A stretch of DNA of 64,000 bases, taken from contig CM022670.1 of NCBI GenBank assembly GCA_012295275.1, forward strand, positions 3,286,001 to 3,350,000. The letters run 5' to 3'. Made by a program: the position numbers and the translations under genes. Shown here in pieces: positions 27,914 through 41,100 of the stretch; the stretch's first letter is position 1; each line of letters opens with the position of its first letter. The stretch comes from Chrysomallon squamiferum (Eukaryota > Animalia > Mollusca). The notes under the pieces are model-generated. The model ran no database searches. It saw only the letters and a program-made list of their open reading frames with translations, and had not been told where the DNA came from.

Positions 27914-29098
27914 ACAGCTATAAGCTTGTGGTATATGATATTCAAATAAGGAACATCAAAACAATAAATATATTCAGAAGGATAAAAAGGACCCCCCCTC
28001 AAGGAAAAAATCCTGAAACCGAATTAACATAAATATATCGTTAAATTAGCTTCCACTCAGATTAAGTTATGGAAAAGCAATTCTAACATAAAGTTATCTC
28101 CAATTACTCACACTTGCTGATAATATGAAGTGGATCGATTAATTTTTATCTGATTAGTGATATTAAAATGATGAGATTCATACGCAGGCAACAAAAGTTT
28201 GTCTGTCGACGGAGATGAAAATACAGAAATCCGCACAAAGACGTATTATATTAAAAAAAATTAATGTTAATTCATCTCTCGATTTTATTTAGTTATTCAA
28301 AGTTCCGATTTTAAAGAGAAAATTTCGAGATTAATATATTATAGGATTAAATAGAACATGAGGTTATGTTGTTTTTATTGTATTTTTTTTTTTTTTTTTA
28401 CAACATTATTTTAAAAAATTTAAAAAGGAATTTAAAGAAAGTATTCCACTTAATTAATTACTTTTCTATGAGTTATTCATCAACAGCGAATTAATTAATA
28501 TTTGTTAAGTGAAAATATTAACAGTTATAAAATTTATAACTTAAACACGTGTTTCTTCTTCTGTTTATTTTTTACTTTTTATTTATTTATTTTTATTTTT
28601 CCCCGATAAAGAAGAAACTTCTGGACGAGCCGAGAAAGTCTGATCTGACAATTTATTGTTTTTCGGGCGAGTGCTCTTCCACTAATCCTAATACCAACCC
28701 TCTTTTATTACTGTATGTTGTGAACCATGGCAAACTTTGGATATCATGCTTTCATAATACTGTATTGTTAAACTTTCTTACGTAGATTCTTTCACCGTAC
28801 TGCGATTATACTGTCAGTGGTTTATCAGAAGAAGTCAAAACATTATTTAAAATCTGGAATAATAGGCATGTGTGGTAAGCCAAACGATTTTTGACATGAT
28901 GTTATAATGAAAGTTATATGTCACTTAGTTGTTTCGCTCTATCAGACAAGTAATAAAATATAACATTTTGACGTTATGAAAAAACAAAGTTAAGGGAAAA
29001 ACCTGTACGTAAGAATTTACACTGTTATAACGAGGTTTTGTGATCTTTCCACACACGGTAAGTATACTAAACAAAAGATGAATAATACAAATAAATTC

Positions 29099-29152
<54 letters not shown>

Positions 29153-29170
29153 GAATAATAATAATAATAA
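29099..29170. repeat. (CAA)n(TAA)n microsatellite immediately inside the GPCR intron
   Basis: Directly visible. It explains the poly-Tyr/poly-Cys tail of ORF 29017..29475. Confidence 0.95.
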
Positions 29171-29186
29171 GGAAGAAATAACTTAC

Positions 29187-29475
29187 CTTGTAGATATCTA
29201 ATGAGAACGCACATAACTTCCCCGAAAACAAAATCCTGCAACAACAGCGGCACCAGGGTGAACGGCATACAGAAGACGGCAAGAAGAAGATCACTAAGTG
29301 CCAGATTTAACAAGAACATGTTAGTAATAGTCCTCATCTGACGATGTCGTACCAACGTCATGACCACGAGAGAGTTGCCCACGACGGACAGCAAAAAAAT
29401 TAAGGCATAGGGAATACAGATTTCCATCGTCAAACCATTCTTCATTTTACAATATTTAAAACGCGGGTCTTCCAT
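29187..29475 (-). CDS. Cholecystokinin/sulfakinin-type neuropeptide receptor (class A GPCR), coding exon covering TM1 to TM3; partial gene
   Basis: Translates MEDPRFKYCKMKNGLTMEICIPYALIFLLSVVGNSLVVMTLVRHRQMRTITNMFLLNLALSDLLLAVFCMPFTLVPLLLQDFVFGEVMCVLIRYLQ(G). The GNxxV, MRTxTNxFLLNLAxSDLLLAxFCMPFTL and FxFGxxxC...YLQ motifs are typical of CCK/gastrin/sulfakinin receptors. Ends at a phase-1 AG|GTAAGT donor (exon boundary 29187). A candidate acceptor (poly-T tract, GAGCAG) would start the exon at 29828. The true start may be 29576 (see findings). No downstream exon was recognised in 1-29186. Confidence 0.9.
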
Positions 29476-30582
29476 AATTATGTCCCTTTCGAAGTCGCTT
29501 ATTCCTTTAAGGCGGAAATATTCTTGCAGAATTCCTCGGCATCGCAGAGGGTGCAGTTGTAGAACCTGTCAGCCATGCCGAAGTTTTGTTTTCAACTTTT
29601 TTTACTTCAACTACGTGACAAAATTCGCGCTGCCGATACCGCAGACTAATGGCAAGCAATCTCTTTGAGCATATGTTAAACGCGAAGCAATATCGATTGT
29701 GACTCTCCGTACGACTGCAGCCGATTATCTGCGCAAAGCCACCACTCACACAATAGGTACGCCCCTTAGGACAGTCGATAATTATTTAGACAAAATAACA
29801 ATGTCACGGACAATGTTTAAATATGGCCCTGCTCGGAAAAAAAAAAAATAAAAAAATTCAGCGTTAAGTATACGAGGGCTCAAGTTCCTTCTTCGTTGGT
29901 GCTTTTAAAGATTGTGAGGAAATTAATACCACACCAAGCCTGTTGCTGACATCAAAGAATAGGTTATTTTTCTTCAGTTTGTTTTTGTTTTCTTCTTCTT
30001 TCACGTGTCTTTGTTATTTTAGATACAGTTGAAAGATAGGTTTTATTATCAGGATCCATCTTTAAATAAAAAACGACAACAGAATCACAGATCAGTCAGT
30101 TTAACTGACAACCGGGGCTGCCTTCGGTATATTCGATGCTTTGATGATGAAACGTATATTAGCTGTATCTTTAAAAACAAAAGCCACGGGAGATTTTGAA
30201 TCCAAAATGGACGAAATTTGTTTACGAAACAGTTGAACTAAATTCCAGATAAACAGAAATGTTCCTTTCACACGTCAGATTTAACTGATTTTTTAAAATA
30301 ATTTTTGTTGTTGTTGTTGTTTAGCGATGACAGATCATTGGTGTTATTACAAGACGGAAAGGTGATCGTTAAGTGTTGCACCTGCCGCTAGTTCCAGAGA
30401 ACGTAATGGGATCGGTTCTGTGAACAACTGTGGTTAATACTATTTCAAACTGTTCCTTTAACACATCCATTCTACCAAAAATAAACAAAGCTTGTTTGTA
30501 ATTTCACTTACGTTATCTGTCGAGTTCAAAAAATAGGGTTTACCGAATGTGTCTATATGTAAATACCGTACTCTCTATAAAC

Positions 30583-30618
<36 letters not shown>

Positions 30619-30676
30619 CGAGTGTTTGGTGTATTTGTGTCGTGTTTTGTTTTGGGATTTTTGTTTGTTTTGTTTG

Positions 30677-30710
<34 letters not shown>

Positions 30711-31432
30711 GATGTGAAATAGCAGCCCCTCTGCAATTGCGAGATGGTAATATTTAATGTCACACTCTTTTTTTGAGCAAAGTTTGACCAGTAGACAGAA
30801 AGGCATCAGTAATTATAGATCACGAGTTCAAGCCATTTGCTTCGTTTTACCTCAAATACACTCAAAATAGAAAATGATGAAAATTAAAAGAAAAACGAAA
30901 ATCGAAAGATTTTCTGATAGTTCGCTTGCCATATTAAATTTATCACACATTTTGTGACAGTTAATGCGGCTGTTATGTGACTTTATTAAAACCACATGGC
31001 ACAAATCGTTTTTCCTCAACAACTCGACGCACAAAAGAAACATCGTTAATGGCGGGAATTCAGCGTCTGTGCTTGGTGATTCCCAGCGATGTAGTAACTC
31101 GTTCCGATGAGCTAAAAAAACAGCACAGGCGTAAATAGCTGTAAGATGAGTTTCATACGGTGGACACATTAAACTGTTTCCCGTTCTGGCCACCTTTCTA
31201 TGACTTGCGTGTCAAACACTGTGGTGCAGAGATTTATGATACCTTCTTTGTAATCGAGAAGTTTTAAGTGATTATTAACGTAATTTTCATGTCATGTTTG
31301 CTGCTCAAAGGTCAAATTAAAATATATGTTCGAGGTGTACAATGGTTAATAAAAAAATATATTTTTTTATATTTGTACATCTGATAATTTAGTTTGCAAA
31401 TTTGACTTTTTTATTTTGTTTCTCTTTCTTTC

Positions 31433-31489
<57 letters not shown>

Positions 31490-31813
31490 AAATACCAGCT
31501 AATTTGCATATAACAATATGTTGTTCTGCACTTGAAACCACATTAGATAAAGCCCTAACTTGAACCGAGCCATATTCACTAAAATATTTTTAATGTTTGT
31601 GTATAATATTTATTTAAAACACAAACTTAAATGTATTTCTAGTTTAATGCTGAGACATTATCGTAAAATCCATATTTGTCATTTCCATTGTTTTCGTATT
31701 TGCTGTATACATAGCCTTCGGTAACGCTGGGTTTTTCTTTCTTTTTCTTTTCTTTTCATTTTCACTAATGTTCGCAATGTCGATAAAAGCGTTTGGAGTC
31801 TGTATTAATTGAG

Positions 31814-31925
<112 letters not shown>

Positions 31926-32469
31926 ATTTATTATTCATTAATCATTCATCAAACGAAAAGACAGTGACACACTCTTTCTACTCAAGTTCTAAAAACACGA
32001 AGATCAGAAAACGTTTTTAAAAATGTTTCGTTTTGTACAATAAACAGATAAAAACCTTGCATAAATATACAGTATTGTCAAACAGTTCGCTTCACTGCCA
32101 TCCATTTGACAGAAAAAATATTTGTTCAGTAATTTCAATATTGTAATCGAATAGTTCGATAATGTTGTTGACGTTAGACGCGTGCTATTTCCAGACGGTT
32201 TCAAAGAAAGTTTCCACTGTTTTGCAACTCGAGTCCTGTTTGCGACAATCTGTATTATGTGGTTACACTATGTTGTGAAAAATGTTATACAATTTTTCCG
32301 CTAAAAAGAAAAAAAATATATAGAATCAGAATGAAATTAGTGTAGTATGTATGTATCTGTCGTTGTCTCTATTTTTATGTCTATAATTATATATACACAC
32401 ACAATATATGTGTATATACCTATATATAATTATAAATACACACAGTGATTGTGTATGTAAGTATTTTTA

Positions 32470-32514
<45 letters not shown>

Positions 32515-33265
32515 GTCTGTCTATCTATATATCTGTCTGTCTATCTATATATCTGTCTGTCTATCTATATATCTGTCTGTCTATATATATATCCTTCAAT
32601 GATAATCCTGGACTGGTGACAGCTACTGTTGCTGCTATTGCTACTATTATCTACATAAACCTTCTTTCTCTTTTGTGTGCAAAATTTGTTGGACTGTCTA
32701 AGTGATAAATTAATACCTTAGTAACTGAAAACAAACAAGGTCACGGTAAAAGTACGAAGACTAAAATAAGAAATACGAAGGTCCATCGAAAACGAATTAC
32801 CCGGTTTCTCAACTTATTCTATTCATCCGTAGATGTACTCTAACCAGTGGTAGTTCCATATTTGTATAGACGAATATGAACCAGGAAATGTTATTTATGG
32901 TTCCTTAATTATTTACGAAAAACGATGAATAGGGTCTGCAGGTGAGAAGTGTTGGCACAGAAGAATACTTTCCGTTTCCGGTATAAGAAGAAACGCGAAG
33001 CGTCAGTGAGTTAATGGAAAGCTTCGTTTGTTCAGCCAATTAAAAACAGTACATAACGGCTTTTCTAGTTTTCTTTTCATATCTGAAGTGGAATTTAATA
33101 ATAAATCTATGTTTACAAACGTTAATGTCTTTTACGTGTTAAAAATTCCCAAGTGTGAGCAGACGTACCATAAATAACCTAAAGAAAACAGTCTAAAATG
33201 AAAATATGACTACGTCATAGAAAATACTTACAAAGAAGAGGTATAATATAAATACAGCTGATCGC

Positions 33266-33300
<35 letters not shown>

Positions 33301-36300
33301 CACATATTTTATTTTAAATCATTTAAAAATGAAAAGCAATCCACGTGTCACAGGTTTTTTCTTTACTTCTTTTACTTTTTTTTTTCTCCGTTTTTTATTT
33401 TTTTATTTTTATTTTTTTTATTTTCATTTGAAAATTTGTACACGCCTAATATATTATTTATTTAATTACAATTCATACACAGAGGCAATAATTCTGAACA
33501 CTGAAACCGTATCATAGTAGTAATCACATACCCTTTAAAGTGTATCTGTGGCTGTACGAACGAATCGTCTACAGGTGCATGCATTACGCGACGATGTCAC
33601 ACTACATAGATACATATATATACACATACGTTCAAACATACGTACATCATACGTAACAATAATACAGGCATACAGATAAACAGAGGGACACAAACAACAC
33701 ACAAACATACATACATACATATGCACACAGGAATATGTTGTTTAATCATATTCTTTTGTTGTTATACTTTGTTATTAATTAAAACTGGACAGCAAAAAAA
33801 TATAAAACATAAGTAGGAAGTTTAAACAATACATTTAGACAATTTCTTCATATTTCTTTCTTTTTTTTTTTTTTTTTTTTTTTTTGAATTAATCCGTAAA
33901 TTGTCTTCTTTGTAATTCCTTTGGCACTTATCTTTTTATATATCTCACGTCTTTCAGTTTCTTGTGACTGAGTTATAGATCGCTTCTTGCAGTTAATGAT
34001 TCGAACCCATAGTCTACTGTCCTACAGACGTGACCCTTGTAGCCGGTTATTAAACTCGAACAGCATTTATTAATTCAAGTCTAATTACTTTTTGTTTCTT
34101 CGTCTGGTTCTCGGTAGGAACAGTGATGTTTGCTGTAAATTGTATCGACAGTTCTTCGATAGACAAACCAAGGCGATCCTTCATTAACACTTCTGTACAT
34201 AGAGTTGAAGTTGGATTTAATGAAAATAAATGTGTTTGTGGCATTGATTTTTACAAGAAAGAACATTTTTCGTTATATCAGACATTCAGTACTGGAAAGC
34301 CAAAGACTTTGACTCATTGTTTATGAAAATATGTGGTTAATGCTTGATGCGTTGAGGAGATATGAAGATAAATACATTATGGTTTAAAACGATTTCACAG
34401 TTTTGTTTTTCAAAACTTTTAAGACATATATTATCCTTTTTGAGTAATATATAATTTAATTATTATCGTTCAGTATTATAGGTATTAGACAGAATTTTAA
34501 AACAAGCAGTTATTTTAAAGTATGGTGATGTTAATAATAAAATAAGCCTGACTTAAAGTAATATAATAAATCTTATATAATTAAGTTATTCATAAGTAAT
34601 GTAGTTACAAAAAAATTTGGATAAAATTTAATGTCTTTCGATATTTCAATAATTAGGACAAGATTAAATCTAATACCCATGTCCTATATACTTATGACCC
34701 TTTTCTACGAGAATCCAGGCAAACATCGCAAACAGTTGCAATGAACCATTATCTATTTTGTCATTAAATACTGTCAACATTAATTTTCAAAAGTCAGATT
34801 TAACTTCGTTAATGAACAACTGTTAATCTTTTTGCCTTTGAGAGTATTATAACAACTGTTAATATATTTAGCTTATGGAGTATTATAACAACTGTTAATT
34901 TATTTAGCTTATTATTGCTTTTCAGCCACACAAAATGCTGTTATTAATCTAGTTTAGGGTCCTGGATTTGTTTTCACGTGTTAATCAGAGAAAACTTTTC
35001 CGGAATAAGCGCGACTTTGGACGTGAATAATTATATACACAGATATTCCTCAATTAACGACCTACCTTTTCAACGACCGCACGAACTTACGACCAGCTTT
35101 CCGACTAGTCGGAACTGAACACTGCACAAGAACCTTCGTCGCGTAAACAGCAGGGCCGCGTGACTGCGTCATGTATCTCATTAAGTGATTGTACATTAAA
35201 CAAGAATCTGAGTTCCTGCTGAAGACAAAGTTCATAGTGAGATAGTGAAGATAAAAGTTACATTGATAGACTGACCTATTCTCTTTTAGCTATGAATAAA
35301 CTAATATATTATATCACGATTCTAACCTATGACTTAAGAAACATTATAACTAATGACCTTACAGCTTTACACTGACTTCATTTCCCTATTTCAAAACATT
35401 TGATAAGTCCTGCATGGAAATAAACAATAATCTAGAAAAGACGAACGACTTCGTTTCATTAATAAAACGGAATAAATACATTTTCACGTTGTTTTTATGA
35501 ATTCAAAAAAAAGATGGATGAATCGACGTAATGGATAGACCTTTGGAGATCAAGTAAGTTTCATAATATAGAAAAAGAAATTCGTTTAGCAAAATGGTAG
35601 AATGGTGAATGACATTATTATTATTATTATTATTATCATTATTTGCTACACTCCCTTCGTGTTATCAGAAAGGTTAGGTATGCAATGAAATCAATATCAC
35701 AGTTTTTTCTTTATTTTTGGAAGGTTTTTTTTTTTTTTTGTGTGTGTGTGTGTGTTTTTTTTGTTTTGTTTTTAACTAATGGAACTCATTGTTGTCTGGA
35801 AGATAAATTACTTGCAAGCTTGACACTGTCTGTAGATGCACATCATGAACGAAAGAGAAAAAAATGAAAATAAATGTTTCCCCATCTTCTCCTTATCAAT
35901 CACGGATCCAGGGGGATTAAACCATGCACATATTTCGCCTTTATTTTTTATATATTTACTTTATTATTTATTTTATTTTATTTTATTATTATTATTATTA
36001 TTATTTTTTTTTTTTTTTTTTTGTTTTTTTTTTATTATTGTTATAGAATTAATTGAAATTCATTTTAAATGATACATTCATTACTGTTTAATATTCTGTC
36101 CATTTTTTGAAAGGGAGATGAAAATTTACAAATTCATACTGCTTTCTGAAACTGGTCGACTAAAACCTTAGAATTAAACCCATAAAAGATTTGACAATCG
36201 AAAATGAAAATGAAAAAACAAACAACAACAACAACAACAAAAAAATTAACAAAAGAACTCCAAGCTGAGTTATGTGAAAGTGGATATTCTCTCTTGTGTC

Positions 36301-36798
36301 ATAACAATAGTAACAACAACAACAATGATAATTATAATAACTATCGTCATATTATGATTATTATCATAGCATAAAAGCAACAACAATTATATAATAAGTA
36401 AAACAACAACAACAATAAACAAACACTCAAATAAATAAATAAATAAATAAATACATAAATAAATACACGTTAGAAATCTAAATTTCTTTCGTATGATGAA
36501 GTGTTGAATCGCCTTTCAGCATAATATTATTCATTCCCATCTGCAGATTTCTGTTTGTAGAATACGATTAATTTGTCGGAAGGATCGATGTTTAAATATT
36601 TATTTAATGACTAGGCTATTTCAAGTCAGTAATTGTTTTCAATAACAGACACGCTAGTGGGCTTGTTTCGGGGTGTAGGAGGGAGTCAATTGATGGTGAC
36701 CCTTTTGTCAAAAAGAAATTAGTGAGAAAATAGCAGATAAATAAATAAAGGAAAGGTAATTAGATAAAGAAACATATAATCAAAACTAGATCCTATTA

Positions 36799-36853
<55 letters not shown>

Positions 36854-37547
36854 GTAATAATAACGACAACAACAACAACAAAATAGTGGTGGTAGTAGTA
36901 GTAGTTGCAGTAGCAGCAGTAGCAGTGGTTCGCAGCAGAAGTAGTAGTAGTAGTAGTACTAGCAGCAGTAGTAGCAGTAGCAGTAGCAGCAGTAGTAGTA
37001 AGGAAATAAGGAAGAACTGAATCAGTAGTAGAAGCTGCAGTGCTATTGGTACTGGTGTTGATTTGTTTTAGTTTGTATTGTAAAAGAAGAAAAAATAACA
37101 AATGATTTCATAAATATTGTAAAAAAAATGTGTCTCTATGTATATATGTATGTATGTTTGTATGTATGTTTGGATGAATGGATGGACGACTACGTGGATG
37201 TATGGGTGATGGACGGACTGATATTTGCATATATGAATGTATATATGCATGTATGTATGTATGTATATATATACATCCGTCCATCCATTCATGTATCCAT
37301 ATATCCACCATACATACATACATAAATACATACATACCTAGATACGTACATATGCAATATTCTCGTTCATGTCTGAGATCTTTCTAAAATTATCTTTGTT
37401 GTTTAGACAGTGATTATGAATTTATAAAAGCTGCTAATATGTGTAATTTCGACTGTGACTCTAGGCCAGTGTAAAATTGATAGTTACCTCCTCCGGATGA
37501 TCCAAGCATATTACACTTTGTTTTAGTCCCATGTTCAAAAACAGACA

Positions 37548-37591
<44 letters not shown>

Positions 37592-38119
37592 GAAACTGGT
37601 CTAATGGTCACCGTATATAATGGTCAACAGCCCCTGTTTGTTTTTTTATGGACAATCGTCAACTGAACCTGCCATAATGGTCACAGCATTTCAAAATTTT
37701 CAAATTCCACTACGTTCCGCCCATTTTATTTGAAGAACATACTCTTACTAACTTCACTGACACGATGTTACAATGCACTGATGACACAATTCGACGGTAT
37801 CTTAGCTGTCGCCCTCAAAGGTGTTACGAGTTGTTTAAGCATCGAGCTTTTATTGGCTGTTCGCAATGCAAAATTTAGCATTTGTTTTCATTGCATGTGG
37901 AATAAAAAGGTTGTTTCTTACAAAAATATTTGTGGTTCTCAATGACAATTGTAATATAGTAAAACATGCTTTTATTAAATAAAAGGGCCTTATATAAATA
38001 TGTAGATAAAGGCCACTTTTGTGAAGTACTGTGGACGGCCGTTATACATGTATTAGAACCTTCCGGTATTGATGCTCTGTGTGACTTCGGTGGAAAATAC
38101 AACACCGGATAATAGCGCA

Positions 38120-41100
38120 ATGGCCAACACGGGAGGTTTTCCTGCACAGCAAACTGGTGATTTTCGCAGAGACCAAGAAGTGAAGCGAGGAGTGAGTTGC
38201 AAATACGTTTAATGCAGATATACGATTGGGTTCTGTAGTTTCAACCAGAGCTACTCAGTATTTTATATGTTACGTCTGCCTTTTTGACAGACAGTCGTCG
38301 CAATGTCACTACACTGTGTAGCAAGGTTAGCGTTCCTCATTTCCGGTGAATTGTGGTCACGTTATGGCACTAGGTTGCCTTTCAGCAAACCATTTCCCAT
38401 TTGTGGTAACGTTTATGTCACCAAATAAAATATGGTAGTTTACATCTGAACTCAACTGGTAATGAGAATAATCAATAATCTACGAAAAAAATCATCAATT
38501 AATGCATTTGACAAGAAGATTACATCATACACATGATCCAGTGAATGTGTCAATTGAGACCCTTTTAGTTATAAATGAAAAAGTGTTTGAACCATTGATA
38601 AATTTAGGTATTTTACAAGGTCATTTTAAAGAATTAGTCACGTTATGACATGATGGTAGGAAAAATGCAGTGTATAACAGATGTCAAAGACTCAAATACC
38701 AGTATATTAAAACAGTACCATACTGATAGTCATCATAGTGATACTGCCAATTTTTTTTACTGCTTTTAATAGTAATAATACTAATATCATATTGACATAC
38801 AGTATACTAAAAAATAATGTTAATCATTCTCTTTTATATAGTTAAACTTGTAGAGAAAATATTTGTTTATTTGTTTTTAATTATTTATTTAACTACATTT
38901 TCATTTTATTTATTTTTATTTTTATTTTTCTAATATAGTAACGTCATTACACATCTCTATCCATTATTTTTTATGAGGACCACAATGGAAATAATCTTTT
39001 TGTATTATCCCCAGCAATGTAACAATATTTTTTTTATACAGACCTAGGATCTAATTATTTTAGATTTTTATTTTATAACATGTAACTGTACATATACTGG
39101 AATGTTTTCAGAAACAATTGCAACAATTGCACAAACTTTAGATACTGATAACAATTAAAATTAATTACTACACTGTTATTTTTTTTTATGAAAAAGAAAG
39201 AAAGAAAAAAGTGAACAAATGTTATTTTTATTTCATTTTATCAATGTTCTTATTATTTCTGCAATGGATGCAAGATGTATAATTTATTTTTTTAAATTTC
39301 AAGCAAAATAATACTGATATTAGCTGTATTATAAATGCTGTACTCATTGCTTTTTTACACATTCATGTAAAATTTGTGCCTTTTCCTTTCATAAAATTTT
39401 TTCTCAGTTGTTAACTATATTTATTTATTTATTTATATATTTATTTAGACACCCAAACTCACTGAAGATGAAATTCGAGTTCTGAAGGAATGTAATTTTG
39501 AAAGTCTGTGGTTCAGATGTAAGTACTGTTTTTTTTGTTGTTATATTTTGTTGTGTAGAACTAATAATTCTGCGATTTGAATGATAGGGGCATTCCTTCT
39601 TAGTGTCTCAGGTTTCATCTCCCATCTATCCCCTTCATAGTCCATTCATTGATATAGTGAGGGCGCCTGCATTTCTCAGAGATCCAGAGAGATGTGCCAG
39701 CAGGAGCTTTGGCATTTGTTAGGGACAACCAAGCTGGACTGGCCAATGGGTAGAGGCTGGACAGATATGGACCAAGGCCAGTAAGTGTGAAGTAACCCTA
39801 ACAGAAACCTTGAATGCTAAAGTCAGATGTACTGGACTGCAAGACGCACTTTAATAGACCACAATACTATATGTAACTACATCTTCCAGGGAAATGTTCA
39901 TAAAAGATGATGTGACATGAATTGATAATTGTTCTTTTTGATAGGGAGGGTTTATTTAAATAGGAGCAGGCTTTCATTATCATAGATTTAAAATTACTAA
40001 TTATATATAAAATGATAATGCTAAATATATGTCTTTATTTACTTTTGTTCTTGTATAATGTGTAGTTTTATAATGAATTTAAATCTATTACTGATATCAC
40101 AAACTGATAAATATTTTTTTTTGTTGTATTAGAGAATAATCTAGAAATATTATTGAAAAATTATTCAAAGTTACATTAAAAAACACAAAAATTATTGCAT
40201 TTAAAAATGGTGTAATAATTATTTATCAGTATTACCAAACATACTAACATCATCTTCATTTATAATGTTCTTTAAATTAAAGATTATTATTATAACATTA
40301 TTTTTAGTTGGTTCATTTGTCATTATCAGTCATTCTAAAGTAAAAAAAAAATTGTTATGTTCTTTAAATCAAAAATTATAACATTATTTTTAGTTGGTAC
40401 ATTTAGAGGTACTTTTAATACATTTACATCGTTTCCAATTTCTTTTTATTACAGGTGTACCCCTCAGTATAGCACTGATGGGTACAACACAGTATCTTGT
40501 GAAAATAGGTAGGTACACTACTACAAAAATCTTAATAAATATTTAAAGTCATGTGAAGAAAATTGGTAAATTTATTTAGTAATTTGCATAATCCTGCAGC
40601 AGATGTATTTTTAATTTGATTGATGGGTCATTCCATGTCAAATCACTCCCCCAAAAAGATATTTTAAACCCGACCATCTCAGATCTTTATGAATCTTGAT
40701 ATACTTGTTGATTAAATTTCAAAAAAGGTTATCTCACGGTCACATGATCCTCAAGGTCAGTTTCAATGTCATAACAGAGGTCAACAGGTCAGCGTAACCC
40801 AACATTCTCCAGTCTGAACAATAATGGAATCCTTGTCATATTGCCTTTTCCACAATATTAGTTCAATGAAGATTGGTCCAGTAGTTCCTGAGATATGAGG
40901 GTTCAAAGGTTGGTGGCCACACCCATTTTCACTGAAAATCTCAAAATCTGGTGTGGGGGCCATATCTCCCACACAACTGGTTCAATTGGCCTAAAATTTG
41001 GTTTGGTGCTGTGGGATCCCAATCAACAAGTATACCAAGTTTCATAAAAATCTGAGATGGCCAGGATTAATCCATTGGGTGATTTGACACAGAATGACCC

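Noticed and set aside
29017-29186. Poly-Tyr/poly-Cys C-terminal extension of the GPCR ORF
   Set aside because: Read-through past the GTAAGT donor into an intronic (TTA)n(TTG)n microsatellite.
30852-31193. 113-aa minus-strand ORF upstream of the receptor
   Set aside because: Non-ATG start and no recognisable domain. More likely promoter or 5'UTR sequence.
33995-34050. tRNA gene (perfect B-box GGTTCGAATC on the minus strand); a similar head occurs at ~21225-21280
   Set aside because: No cloverleaf or acceptor stem could be formed. At most these are decayed SINE heads.
35040-35100. Tigger-like terminus CAGATATTCCTCAATTAACGACC
   Set aside because: No matching opposite end or TA duplication was found, so no element can be delimited.
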